In this document: positions 36,156-49,783 of the stretch, piece after piece | Numbering within the stretch: the first letter of the stretch is position 1 | How the letters are laid out: every line of letters starts with the position of its first letter | DNA from: Octopus sinensis | Taxonomy: Eukaryota | Direction: 5' to 3' | DNA: 64,000 nucleotides | NCBI RefSeq assembly: GCF_006345805.1 | Contig: NC_042997.1 | Location: 107,260,001-107,324,000 of the forward strand | Position numbers and translations under genes: made by a program | Notes under the pieces: generated by a model | What the model saw: the letters and a program-made list of their open reading frames with translations, nothing else | What the model was told of the DNA's origin: nothing | Database searches by the model: none

Positions 36156-36639
36156 GAACACTAGATAAATGAATTGAATAAAATATATATTCCTGTCATT
36201 TATTAGATAATGACACATATCATTGCAGTGCTGCTTGGTAGTGAGAAATGGACCTTAAATGCCAAGGACTTGAGAAGACAGGAAAGAAATGAGGTGAACA
36301 GGCTCTATTAGACTTGCAATGTAAGTGTGAATGAATAACATAGTACAAATGTGCTGAAAGAAAAACTGGGCATGAGAGGGATCAGATGTAAGAAAGAAGA
36401 CAGGTCTTCCTCATTCTCTCTCTCCAAAACGTTAGTAACCAAATAACTCTTCAGCATAACCTGGTTGCCCTTCCCTTCTTCCCACCCCCATACTTAATAC
36501 CCTACCCCTCCTTTGTAGTACTGGTGGCATGAATAAAGTACCCAGTACATGCTGTAAAATGGTTGGCATTAAGAAGGGCATCCAGCCATAGAAACCTATG
36601 CCAGCATGGAGCACAGACATTAGATGGTGGTTCCATTTC

Positions 36640-37170
36640 ATCATCATCATCATCGTTTAACATCCGTTTTCCGTGCTAGCATGGGTTGGACGGTTCGACC
36701 AGCATCTGGGAAGCCAGAAGGCTGCACCAGGCTCCAGTCTGATTGGGCAGTGTTTCTACAGTTGGATGCCCTTCCTAATGCCAGCCACTCCATGAGTGTA
36801 GTGGGTGCTTTTTACATGCCATCGGCACATGTATCACAACTACAATTTCTATTTGATATTTATTTTGATGTTGATGTACTTGACTCAATTGGTCTCCTCA
36901 AGCACAGCAGGTCGCCCTATGATCCAAGGTAAGCACAGCAGGTTGTTCTGCAATCCAAGGTACTTTGGATGGGCTGGTGCAGGAAACAGCCATGAACTCA
37001 TTATTTGTTGGGTCTTTGCAGTCACAGCATATCTCCAGAGATCTCGGTCTTTTGTCATTGCCTCTGTGAGGCCCAACGTTCGATGGTCATGCTTGACCAC
37101 CTCATCCCATGTCTTCCTGGGTCTACCTCTCCCCGGGATTCCTTCAACTGTTTGGGAGTGGTACTTCTTC
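36640..37170 (-). mobile_element. RTE 3' end (ORF C-terminus and tail)
   Basis: catcatcatcatcgtttaac tail; GRPRKTWDEVVKHD on the minus strand. A second tail fragment lies at 37215-37340. Confidence 0.85.
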
Positions 37171-37171
37171 C

Positions 37172-37217
<46 letters not shown>

Positions 37218-37390
37218 TCATCATCATCGTTTAACGTCCACTTTCCATACTAGCATGGGTTGGACGATTTTGACTGAGATCTGGCGAACCAGATGGCTGC
37301 ACCAGGCTCCAATCTTGATTTGGCAGAGTTTCTACAGCTGGATGCCCTTCCTAACGCCAAATATATATATATATAATATATATATATATA

Positions 37391-38625
37391 TCTGGTTGGA
37401 ACAAAATTTATGTCCAGTTTAAACATTTTTATTAATAAATAAATGAAATTTATTATTAATTTTATTAATATTAATTAATAAAAATTTTTGTTAATAAATG
37501 AAAAATTTGTTTATAGAAATATTTAGTTATTAACATAACCTCCATTACTTCATTGAATTTCATTCCATCTGTCAACAAGCTTTATAGATGCCATGCTTGT
37601 AAAATTCTTTGGATTTTGATGCAAAGTACAATGCTAACTCATTTTCAACCTCTTGATGTCTGCCTCAGGCCATCCAAATGATTCTGTAATCCCCTAAACA
37701 AGTGATAATCAGAAGATGCAAGGTCAGGAGAATATGGAAGACGAAGCAGTTTCTCTCAGCAGAGCTCTTTATCTAGTTGTGCAGTGGGAGTGGGGGTGTT
37801 GCATTATCATGATGCAGACTGACTCCCTTTCTGTTGACTAAGGCTGGGCGATTTTTACCTAAAGCTGCTTTCAAATGACAAGGTTGATTGTTTGTTGCCT
37901 ACCAGTTCATAATGAATTATTCCTTGAATATCCCACCATACATTCAACATGATCTTCTTTGGATGAAGTCATCCCTTCAGTTACTGAGGAGGTTTTGCTT
38001 CCACAACTCATTCATTGACAGCAGTGTTTAATGAAAAGGACCCACTTGTCATCACCAATAACAAGCCTATCCAAATATGGCTCACAACCAGCAATATGTT
38101 GCGGATTCTCTTCAGACAGGTCATGCAGGACCCATTTTCCAGCCACAGAATTCTTTCTAGATCACGTAGGATAGTCGTATGGTTTACTTTAAATTTCTTG
38201 GTGAGTTTCCTAGTACTACTAACAGGATTTGCTGTGATAGCAGCTTCCAACTCTTGGAACGACCCTCCTTTGACTCATCGTCTTGGCTGAAATTCTCACT
38301 TTGAAAACAGGGAAACCACCTCCTGCAACTTCTGTCATTCACTATATCATCTCCATCAGTGCTCTGAATGGATTTTGCTGCTGCACTCACATTGGCACCT
38401 TTATGAAACATGTTGAGTAAAGCACATCTAATGTGTTCTTTAGTTAGGATGAACATTGGGGGTGAATATTGAAGCAGATTCTGACCAATATTCTTTTAAC
38501 CCAAAAGAAGAAAATTTAAATCTCTCATTGCTTCAGTCCAGGATTGATGACAAGAGACAATACTTCAATGAATGTCATCTAAAATTTCATCTTGAAAATC
38601 TAACAAAATGTTTGTTCCAACCTGA
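37391..38625 (-). mobile_element. Degenerate mariner transposon
   Basis: TIRs tctggttggaacaaaa / aaaatgtttgttccaacctga. HTH fragment KEHIRCALL...CRRWF and an SPDLAPSDYHLF-like segment. Confidence 0.8.
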
Positions 38626-38789
38626 TTTCTCCTCTGTATTGTTACTAAATGACTTGTCAGTGTTTTAATGGAATACTGAGATTGTAAAAGTATAGCAGAG
38701 AATTGGCTAGTTTTCATATGTGGCAGATGCTCAGGAGCTATAAATAACACTGAAAATGTGCGGAAAACAACTTCCGCCACATTCCAGGA

Positions 38790-39918
38790 AGATAAAACTA
38801 GAAGTAGTTGATAGCTTCCGTTACCTAGGCAACCAAGTCAGTAGCGGGGGAGGGTACACTGAAAGTGTAGCTGCTAGAATAAGAATAGCCTGGGCTAAGT
38901 TCAGAGAGCTCTTACCTCTGCTGGTGACAAAGGGCCTCTTGCTCAGAGTAAAAGGTAAACTGTACGATGCATGTGTATGAACAGCCATGCTACATGGCAG
39001 TGAAACATGGGCCGTGACTGCTGAGGATATGCGTAAGCTCACAAGGAATGAAGCCAGTATGCTCCAATGGATGTGTAATGTCAGTGTGCATACTCGACAG
39101 AGTGTTAGTGCCCTGAGAGAAAGGTTGGACCTAAGAAGCATCCGATGTGGTGTGCAAGAGAGATGACTGCGCTGGTATGGTCATGTGGCAAGAATGGATG
39201 TGGATAGCTGTGTGAAAAAGTGCCACACCCTAGCAGTTGAGAGAAGAGGTAGACCCAGGAAGACCTGGGATGAGGTGGTGAAGCATGACCTTCAAACATT
39301 GGGCCTCACTGAGGCAATGGCTAGTGACCAGGACCTCTGGAAATATGCTGTGCTGCAGAAGACTCGGCAAGCGCATGTGTGACCATAACCTTGTGGCCTA
39401 TGCTAGGGGTCCACATATGTGTGCCTTTTCTTCATTGGACACTAAACTCTGCTTGCAAAGACCAGTTGAGGCAAGTGAAATTGAAGTCGAAATCAAATTC
39501 GGTGACTGGCATCCGTTGCTAGTGGAGTGCTAAGAGTACCATACGAGTGAGATCGTTGCCAGAGCAACAAGCTGGCCTTCGTGCCGATGGCACGTTAAGC
39601 ACATCATTCGAGCGTGATTATTACCTGCATTGCCTTACTAGCACTTGTGCTGGTGGCATGTGAAATATTCGAGCGAGGTCGTCGCCAGTGCCGCTGGACT
39701 GGCCCCTGTGCAGGTGGCACGTAAAAAGCACCATTTGGGCGTGGCTGTTGCCAGTACCACCAAACTGGCCCTCGTGTCAGTGGCACATAAAAGCACCCAC
39801 CACACTCTCGGAGTGGTTGGCGTTAGGAAGGGCATCCAGCTGTAGAAACTTTGCCAGACCTCAGTCAAATCGTCCAACCCATGCTAGCATGGAAAGCAGA
39901 CGTTAAATGATGATGATA
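38790..39918 (+). mobile_element. 5'-truncated RTE LINE with unexpanded 3' UTR
   Basis: LEVVDSFRYLG...AWAKFRELLP...RGRPRKTW, with a tail ending in (tga)n. Confidence 0.9.
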
Positions 39919-40869
39919 TGTATATCAGAGGGATGGATAAACAGAGAGAGAGAGAGAAGGCATACTGCCAATTATCTAAATAAATCTGTAAATTCTGCTC
40001 TACATTGATACTTATGTTTTGTACTATAGGGCAACACTGAATGATGTAGTTCACTTCTCAGTCGTGTAGTCCTGGGTTCTTCTTTCTGGCACAGATTCCA
40101 CTTCTGCCCAATTTCCCAGTTTTTTGCTCAGAGCACCTTTGTACTCTGCCTTTCAAACACAATGTTGCATATGTATGTATCACCTTCATCATCATTATTT
40201 AACATCCATGTTTCATGCTGCCATGGGTTGGATGGCTTGGCAGGAACCAACGTGTCCAACGGCTGCATTGAGCTCCAAAGTTTGCTCTGGCATGGTTTCT
40301 ATTGATGGATGCCCCCTTCCTAACACTAACCACTTCACAGCATGAACTGGGTACTTTTTTTTGTGTCACCATACAGTTCACAGGACTACAAACCAGGGTG
40401 GGGAGGTCACCTTCTTGATAGGGGTCAAGGGAATTACTATGAGAGGGATGGGTAAAGCAGGTTCTTGCAGTGGGTATGAAGAAAGAAAAAAGGTGAAGAG
40501 AAAATGATCAGTAGGAGCTGCAAAACCGGTAATGGTGATGAGGTGTCCACATGGCCCCATAAGGCACAAGCTGAGAAGTGAGTGAGTGGTTTGTAAGACT
40601 GTATGGAAAAGCGAAAGATGGGAGGGGAAGGATGCCAAAAATGCGTAGGGTTCAAGGAAAGATGAGACGAGTTATGAACTGGGGATGATAGAGGGGTGCA
40701 GAAGAGTGTGGATAGCAAGTAGCCAGAGTTTGTTTAACGTCCAGACGATACAGTTGCAAGGGAAGGCAGAGTGACAAAAAAAGAGGCACATTTAGTGCAT
40801 GAGAGAAGGGTGTTGCTGTAACAGGTGGAGAACCCAAAATATAGCAGTTCTAGAACTTAGTTTTGCTGA

Positions 40870-41300
40870 GAAGGGCAAGTCTTATTGAGAACTTCATTTC
40901 ACTAGAGATCCCAGTACTTTGTTGTTTCATCCATCAGGCTCAAAGTCCTGACATCAACTTTCAATTTGTTCCATGTCTTCCTGGGTCTTCTTCCACCTTC
41001 TACATTGAGATGGACTCCTTTATACAACTGTTGTCCTCATTCACACATATCTAATGCTCAGTTTTTCACTAAGTGCCTTTGTACTCATTTTTTCATGCAC
41101 ATCCAACCGAACATGCTCACTTCATTTCTCTCCAGTCTTCTCATGTCCTCTGTATTCAAGGTACATGTCTTACTACCATGCAGCACTGCAGTTCTAACAC
41201 AAGTTTCATACAATTCACTCTTCACTCTTAGGGGAAAGATCTTTGTTGATAACAGTGGTAGGACTTCTCTGAACTTTCTCCAGTACAGTTCTAACTCAAA
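40870..41300 (-). mobile_element. RTE fragment
   Basis: WRKFREVLPLL...LYETCVRTAVLHGS motif. Confidence 0.75.
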
Positions 41301-41309
41301 AAATTCGTA

Positions 41310-42292
41310 TCTAGAAAGTTCGCCACAAACATTTTTGCCACAGGAAAAATTTGCCTCAGGACTTTTGGCCGTAAGAAATTTTGCCCCAAGACAAAAAATG
41401 AGTTGCCCCACCTTGGTATATAATTGTTTCAACCAAAATTTCTTAATTCATTCGACAATATTTTTTTGTATAGTCAACCCATTACAATGGTCTATCAAGT
41501 GGGAACTAGCAGAGGTGGTATGAAATTAGTTGATGATCTTACCTTTGTTTATAGGATAGATGGGAAATGATAATTTATATGTAAGACATTCAGCAAGCAT
41601 TGCCATCCTTCAAAACCAAAAGTTTGCATTGCAAAAATGAAATTGAAATCACCAGCCACTAATTTACAAACTTCTGCACAGTCGTTAATTGCAGAAATTT
41701 TACCCATTTTAAACGATAATACAGTCACTGATGCCAACATCATCGCATTTGTCTCGTAATATTAGAGGTCAGAGGCAAAAGAAAAGCCAAGCTCCTCTGA
41801 CCCCAACTTGAAGAAATTTGTGTAAAATATTAAGACAATTGACGAAAAATATCAACAATAAAATTCTAATTGATAAATTAAAATTTTTATTGAAACAAAA
41901 CACACGGATGAATTGAATTTTGTGGCGTGAAGAATCAACACAACATGTGTGGATGAAGTAAAACAAACACTTGTGGTTGTCGTGGTAACAAGCTGTTAAT
42001 GCCTTGCTGTCTGTTGATTGGCTAAAATAACCCAAATTTTCCTAACTTTAATTCGAAATGAAATCAGATTCTTTAAGTTACAATGCACCAAAACTGAAAA
42101 CAATCTGAGCAAAATTGGGGGGTTGGGGGGGGGGCTGGTTTTCCAACTGAAATTAATTAGATCCAATTTCTTTACTTCCCCCCTTTTTTTATTATTGGTA
42201 ACTATCATGTACCAAGGGGAGCAACTCATGTTTTGTCTTGCGACAAAACTTTCCTATGGCCAAAAATCCTGAGGCGAATTTTCCTAGAACCC
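41310..42292. mobile_element. Mutator-like (MULE) deleted element with long repetitive TIRs
   Basis: About 70-bp inverted ends (ggaaaaatttgcctcaggacttttggcc...atgagttgcccc vs ggggagcaactcatg...cctgaggcgaattttcc). An internal SRGGMKLVD fragment is FLYWCH-like. The superfamily assignment is an inference. Confidence 0.5.
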
Positions 42293-42414
42293 TAAAAACT
42301 ATATTTTCACAGCAACCACCTCCTTTGCTAATTACATCTCCAAGTTAACAAAGGCTCATTACTATTCTATATTTTGGGATGAGGAATTATTTATAATGGA
42401 CAGGTAGGTGTTAT

Positions 42415-42600
42415 CACAACATTCCAGCTAATTACTCTCCAGTCTTCGTCAGGTGTTCTGGTGGAATTTCAAAGCCAATCCTTCACTTGACTAATGCGGT
42501 ACACTGTTCTCATTCCTAAGCTATGTTGCTGATATTATTTTTCAAGATTGAACTTAGAGAGTTAGTAACCTGCACTCTTAACCACTACGCTATATGCCCA
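42415..42600 (-). mobile_element. Repeat with a tRNA-like head and a downstream degenerate hammerhead
   Basis: A-box tagcgtagtgg (42582-42592), B-box gttcaatc (42546-42553), cac-ctgacga...gaatgtt-gtg (42455-42415). Confidence 0.5.
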
Positions 42601-43153
42601 TGGGCAATTGTAGAGTGAATTTTTTAGGGCTTATAAACCTACTATTTTATCTTTTCTCAATACTGGTTCCCATATTACATTTATAGCTGCACTAGGTCTG
42701 CTCAGGAGGTTATTGGTAAATTCCATTGTCTCGACCACGGTTGAACAATGAGGATGATGATGTGTCCTCTTTTAATTTTCACATTTTCCAGTGGTCTTCT
42801 CTGTCGATTATTTTAACTTCATCACACAGCAGGAATAGTCTCTGTTTTTCCATACATGATCAGAAGAGAATATGACCAAGAACTGCATGTACTCTATCCC
42901 ATACAGTTGAGGTAGGCTATACAAAGGCGAAACATGCTGCTCCCTTAAAGTAAGGGTAGAGGAACATTGTAAAGTGGATAAGTGGAAAGCAGACATGAAA
43001 TGACGATATGCAAAAATTGTTTTATACATAAAAAATAACTTAAAGGTTGATGAAAGATACAAAATATGATATTAAATGCAAGATATACATACACATACGC
43101 ACACACACACACCTACCCATGTATGGCATGACATGCGCACACACCCTCTACAC

Positions 43154-45900
43154 CAGTGTTTCCCAAACTTTTTGTACCGAATTAAAATATCACCCACCTA
43201 TCAGCCAAAAAATGCCCCATCACCCACCTGTGTAAAAAAATACCCTGGCACAACTCTCCCCCAGCACTAAATCCCCTAGGAGAGACCCCCCCCCCTTGTA
43301 TCATTTGACATAACACTATATCGTAGACTTGTTGCTTTGTTCATGCTGTTTGGAATTAATGTGTGGTTGTTTACAAATCCCTTATTGTGGATTTAGTTTT
43401 GCCATTAGTGTGAATAAAATTCTAACGTTGACTGTGTTATGCAGACAGATTAACTTTGGTAGGATTGCACTTTCTTTTACACTGATTTTTATTTTCCCCC
43501 AAATGAACCTTTGAGCAGAACTACTGATGCAAGAAGGATTAATGATTGCATTATAAAGGAAAAGAATACAACTTTTTAATGAGAACCATGTGTCTGGTGC
43601 GATGCAGCGAGTGCAGATACATTCGGTTTCAAACTTGTCAACTTTAGCCGCAAATCTCCTCGTTACATCCAGTCCAATTCTTTTATGGGAAAGTAAAGTT
43701 CCAACATGGCTAAAACCAGATTCAACCAGGTATGAGGTTGGGAAGGCAAGCAAAGGTAATTTCAGACATTTCCACAGATTGGGGTAAGGATTCAATATAC
43801 TCTGATGGTACCACAAACCTTCTTTGCCATTACGGCGACATCGCATTCTGGCATCAGTCATTTTGTAATTATATCGATTCCTCCTGAACATTGTCCTCGC
43901 AACTGACTGCATCGACCTCAAACGGATTGCTATACCAATTTGGAATATAAAGCACAATAACATCTTCAAATCACTCCACCATGTTATCGTGCAATGATTG
44001 TAAATAGTTGCGATATGTAGTTAAATCCTCATCAACCGATTCATCTTTCAAAGAATCAAGTTGTGGAAATTGATGGAATTGACGTTTTGAAATGCTAGTC
44101 TTATACAGCACCAATTTCGAAATGAAGGTAGTGATAAATGATTTACAATCAACGAGAGTTTTTTCTGTTTCCTTGCAATAACTTATTCAAATCATTTAAT
44201 TTTGTGAAAATATCACAAAGAAAAAAAGATGTCGCACCTTGCAGCCATCAATGAAGCAGAGAGTGGAGCATCTTCAAAGAAAGATATGATTATATGAAAC
44301 AGTTCAACAAAGTTTCCTTTTGACAGCCATTGTACTTTGGTATGGGACTTCAATTTGTTCAGTCTTGAAAACTAACTGCAGCACACCATTCAGTCTACTA
44401 TTCATATTTTTACCACTAAATGCTTCTGGTGTGCCTGGTGAGAAATTTCACTCTTTAGAAGAGATGAAAAACCTCTGTCATCGAAGGGGCTCCATCAGAC
44501 GCACAGGCAGAAATATTATTGGGTGGGATCAAGCGGCAATTTCTCGGAATAGCATTTCCTCACAAGGTTGAAGGTCTTCGCTGAAATGCCGAACATATAC
44601 CATCATCAAACATTGATGTCCACAACAGTTGGCTCATCCACTTGTATAGAGAATTCAGAATGCTGGAGAAATATATTAATGAGCTGATGTTTGATCTTGT
44701 TGGCCATTTCATTGATGCATCAAGAAATTGTGTTATTACTAAGTGGGATCTTCTTCGTAATGTTATGGGGTTTTTCATGCATAACTTGAGAAAACCTCTT
44801 CAATAACTGGGTGAAATAATGCTTCTCCACTTACGTGAGACTCCCCAAACTAAGCAACCAGCAATGTTGTACGATGCAATCAACCCATCATTCTCCTGTT
44901 TCCTAGAGTAGTGTGTTGAATGTTTGTGTTTGCTTTTTAAAAGAGGTGCTCAATTGCAAAATGTATGACAATGGGTTGTCCTTCTTGTGAGAATGCTTTG
45001 CATCAAAGTAATACTTTAAGCATGAAAGTTTCATTGCTTCGTTAGTCAATGTTTGATGGCAAAGAAGGCACATTGGTAACTGACAGTGCTGAGAAGAGGG
45101 AATGAATCCAAACAATAGATAATCACTACTGTACTCTCGAAAAATTTCCTTGACTGGAGACGTCAGTAAAGTGAAAATGTGAAAACGAATTTCCACAGAT
45201 GGCATCAGCAAGGCAGTATGGTATTCCCGAAGAGAAGAAGTCGACAGAGCAGAGTCAGATGACACATCTTTACTGGAGCAAATATGGATCAAGTTCGTTT
45301 GGCTACCAGCATTTCAAAAAGTAAGTTTATCGAAAATTTTAGAATTTGGCTCATTAATATACCTTGCCAAGCTAAATTGCTGGAGTTATTCAACTTTTTC
45401 CAGAAAAATGTTTCTAAAAAGTTAAAGAAGTCTTGAAGTTTGATCATTTGCACCCAGTCAAAAAACACAATTTCAAAGCTGTCACTTTGTGCATGACTAC
45501 ACATCTTGTCAACATCCTGAAAATAGCACTTGTCTTTTGATATGAAACTGTAGAACTATGCACGACATATAACCCCTCATGACTTTTTATTATTTGGAGT
45601 TTTCAGAAAATGTTTGTAAATTTGTATTCTACATGTGGTACTTCATACAATTATGCAACAAAAAAAAAAATTACAGCGTAGTGTGATTTAAGGCCTAGGG
45701 GTGTTTGGCTGCTATTTTTAGCTCACATGACAACCATGACAGTGCGACAAAAATATTCAGTCGATAAACAAGTCTGCTTTTTTAATACAAAGAGATGTCT
45801 CATGCAAGTAGCCAAATCGATAAAAGTGTATCCTTATTCTAGGCAGGCCTAGATATAAGTAAATGCAGGCTTAATTTCTAAAAATTTTTGTCACCCACCT
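43154..45900 (-). mobile_element. Degenerate hAT (Buster/ZBED8-like) transposon
   Basis: Terminal cagtgtttcccaaa at 43154. N-terminal YLLFGF...PMCLLC...NEAMK...H zinc finger and C-terminal AFPTSYLVESGFS dimerisation motif. The right boundary is uncertain. Confidence 0.8.
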
Positions 45901-46379
45901 GTATGTTTGAACTTCCTTCAACTTTTTTTTGTTTTGTTATATTTTGATATAATCTTACATGCTCTTTTATATTTTTCATTTTTGTGTTGATGGTGTGAAC
46001 TCATGCTGCGTGGTTGTACTCGTATATATATATACATATATATATTCACATTTCTTACCTTTTAAAGCTCTTACTTTTAATATCATGTTTCTTATCCTCC
46101 ATCTATCTTTAAGTGCGTTTATATATATAAAAACATTTTTTTATTTTTCTATTAATTTTTTATTTTAATTACTTAAAACTTCATAATGTGTTTGTTTATT
46201 TTTAGAATTACAGAATCCATATGTGAGAGGCAGGGTCTGGTTGATTTGAACGTAAAACTGGCAGAATATTTAAGTTTATTTTTTGGAAAATGTCACATTC
46301 GAATTCAGTTTATAACAACACTTTAATAATACATATAAAGCTAAGTAGTTGTGTGTACAATGAGGATAGCCTCAGGCAT

Positions 46380-48200
46380 ACAGGAAAGGTATTTGCCAGC
46401 TTGGACCAACATCAATATGCTCCTAGGAAACTTCAACTTCCCAAATGTTAAATAGCCTGAAGGCCACGTCCTCTCTTGGATGTCACTGCATGAAAAAATC
46501 AAGTAGAACTTGAACTTTCTAATATGCTATTCCTGGAACAGGTTATATATGCCAGCCAACCAAGAGGAGCAACATCTTGGGTCTTAGTTTCCCAAGTAAT
46601 ATAGACCTTATTTATAATGTGAAGATGACACCAACAGCTTTCTCAAACTACAACATTGTAAAACTAACACTGATCCTAGGTGAGCTGCTGGCATCTCCTC
46701 TGTAAGATAAGAAGTACTCAAAGCCATATCCAACTTGGATTTCCATAAAGCAAACCGGAAATCAATTTGCAAAGAGATCCACAGCAAAACAGGCCCAACA
46801 GTCTATGTAAGACAATGACTTAAAACTCAGTTTATGTCAATGAGCCAGCTATATCCACTAAACATGAAAGGCCAACATAACCAAAAATTAAGACTAACAA
46901 AGGTCTCAAACTTATTGTGTAGGCAACTGAAGGATAGTGAAAAGTTTAACTTAAGATGGACATTCCTGGAAACTGAAAGCAGACTCAAACTTTCTCATGA
47001 AAAGGAAAGAGTTGAGAGAGAGAACAGAGTTGTTAAAAGTATAAGAACAAACTCTGAAGCTTTCTATAAATTTGCAAAGGAAACAGCCGTAGTACAGTAC
47101 AAAATAGGACCCCAAAAGGATAAGTGACGTACTCAGTGAACAATTTGAAAGTGTCTTCACCCCACCCCTGGGACACATGTAAATAAACAAACCTGGTTGA
47201 ATTCTTTGACATTACAGAGGAAGGCATATCAGCAAAACCATGGAACAAATCATCATCAGAAAGAAACTGCTAATGTTTCAAGAAGGAAATGACTTGTTGA
47301 ATGATGCTCGGCCTAGTTTCAGTCAGGAAGAAGCTGCCCCTCACACACAGCCCTAATAGCGCATATGACTGGGTTTTGAAGCAGCTGCTCAATCATTTAA
47401 ATGTTGACTTTACCAAAATAACCTTTGACAACGTAGATCATGGCATATGTCACAAACTGAGAGCTTGGCACAGATGGTGACCAAGGAGAGTGGTTACATG
47501 ATAGTTGGGCAGTTGCAATTGATGGTACCTTCTCTGGGGCCACTCGGGGAACTGTCTTAGGACCATTACTGTTTATAGTTGCTCTTTTAGACATGCCTAT
47601 GGACATTTAGACAGGTAGTACCACTAACTACACTGATGACACAGAATTATTAGCAAATAAAGAACCCTTACAGTGTGACAAGCTTGCAGCTGCATCTGAA
47701 TGCAATCATATGTGGACAGAACAAAACAACATGCAACTTAATGCTGGAAAATTTCAAGCAGTGCTATCAGCACACAAATGCACCATAACCTACATGTATA
47801 GGACCTGGAGGTACTGCACTCCCAGAGTCACACACAGCATATGTAATGACGCATCATTTCATGTGCACATTACCAAGATGGATTCTAAGGATCAAGAAGT
47901 CATGTTGACCCTGTGGTCACTGCGCAATGTGAAACTAAGTGCACAGCTTCAAACAATCCAATGTTACTACACTAAAAGGTACTGACCACTCCATCTAATA
48001 TCAGCTTGGGATTCACAAATTTTCAGTCCTCTGCCAGAAAAATTAAGAAACTTACCCAATGTTTCTTCAAAAGGACTGAAGAACATTCTCCTACCCACAA
48101 TATCAGATGAACCAACATCGCAGCATGAAATATGTGCGTAGCTTTGACTGGTTCCAGTCATTGGTTTGCAGCCATGTTGGGGCACCACTTCAAAGGGTCA
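46380..48200 (+). mobile_element. Degenerate CR1/L2-like LINE
   Basis: LLGNFNFPNV, DNVDHGICHKL and a YTDDT-like motif, with many disablements. Confidence 0.75.
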
Positions 48201-48229
48201 AATAAATCAACCCCAGTAATTATTTTTAA

Positions 48230-48460
48230 AGCCTGGTATTTATTATATCAATGTCTTGTGTCATCCTGTTAAATTACAGGGATATAAACTAACAGCAGTT
48301 GTCAAGTGGTGGTAGAGGACACAAACACACAAAATGGGCTTCTTGCAGGTTCTATCTGCCAAATCCACTCACAACGCTTTGGTCAGCCCATGGCTATAAT
48401 AGACGATACTTGCCCAAGGTGTCATGCAGTGGGACTAAACACAGAGCCAGGTGATTGAAA
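48230..48460 (-). mobile_element. SINE fragment
   Basis: tctgccaaatccactcacaacgctttggtcagcc...cttgcccaaggtgtcatgcagtgggact, as in 60740-61085. Confidence 0.7.
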
Positions 48461-49080
48461 AGCAAATGTATATACACGAAGGAAAATTTCTGGACTGGAT
48501 TTTAAACATTTCCCACTATAACATTAAATTGGTTTTTCAGAGTAGTTTTTATTTTTTAATGAAACCTTGCCCCAATCTAACATTGAAGGGATGTTTGCAA
48601 CATTTTGGTTTACAGGAGACTTGCAGCAGTTTTCTTGAATCCTCAGCAGATCATTATTTTGTTTACAATGTAAGTGAAAATACACACCTAAGACTACTGA
48701 AGCTCTGATAACTGCTGCATGTCTGAAAATACTGCTGAATTAACCAACACACACACACAAGTTGCTGGATCACAGATCTATAGTGTCCTCCCTCCCTCTC
48801 TGCTGCCTGTTCCTACAACTGCTGCTACCTCTAACCTGACACATTTTCCTTGCTAACAATTATTTTTAGTGGTTCACTTTTAAACATAGGAATTGCTAAA
48901 TTAGATGTAAAGTGCAAATGCCTTTGTAATTAGATTGCTATTGTAAGAATTATGATTACAAGCCTGTTTCTACCTGTTCTATTAAGACATGGTCAATATC
49001 TTCATTTTGAACACAATTCAGTACATTCTACATGGCTGGGCAAAAGTGAATTATTCAATAGAACAAAATAGAAATACTTC

Positions 49081-49113
49081 TTTATTATCAGCATATTTCA
49101 CCAAAGGTTTATT
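49081..49113 (-). promoter_or_regulatory. Two candidate AATAAA poly(A) signals for the minus-strand gene
   Basis: tttatt at 49081-49086 and 49108-49113, about 0.7 kb past the stop codon. AT-rich DNA makes chance matches likely. Confidence 0.35.
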
Positions 49114-49783
49114 GAAATGATAATCTCAGTGCAGCTTTTGTAAGTACAGAATATGTCCCCACTTTTTCTTTCTTTTTTAAGTCACAAACTTCCTGAAAAT
49201 GATGGCAGATGAAAGATTTCATTGTGGAGCAAGAAATAGAAACTAAATCCGGAATCATTGTTATTTTGACAGCTGCTTTTCCATGCTTGCATTGTTTGGT
49301 TTATATATACAGTATTTGTATATCGAAATCAAAATACTGAGCAAATAAATTAGACACACACAGAAATAGAGTTTGATTAGTAAAGACAGGAGAAACAGAC
49401 TGAAGTAGAGACATTACAGCGCTGCTTTAACAAATTTTTCTTGAGAAATCTTCCTTTGATGGGTGAAACAGTTTCGGTCCTCTATGGGGATTCATCCATT
49501 CCATGTTGCTGAAACCCTAAGTTACAATATATTTTATCCTCCAAATATTTATTGACATGCTTCAGAAATATTTTGGTTCTTTCAGCCTCAAAATTTGCTC
49601 TTACAATAATTATCAAACCTTGAGCAATGGTCAAAGGAAATGAAAGTGAAATACACCCAGCAGTGTTGGTAAATTTATATCTGGAATGTCTTCTCAATAC
49701 TGGAAACGTTTGTTCCTTATTCTAATGTCCCTGGTGGAATACCAAAAATTACTCAAATTCACAAAGAGAATAGTAACCAGACT

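Noticed and set aside
42540-42600. Functional tRNA gene
   Set aside because: A and B boxes are present but the cloverleaf is broken by deletion. Treated as a repeat-borne tRNA-like head.
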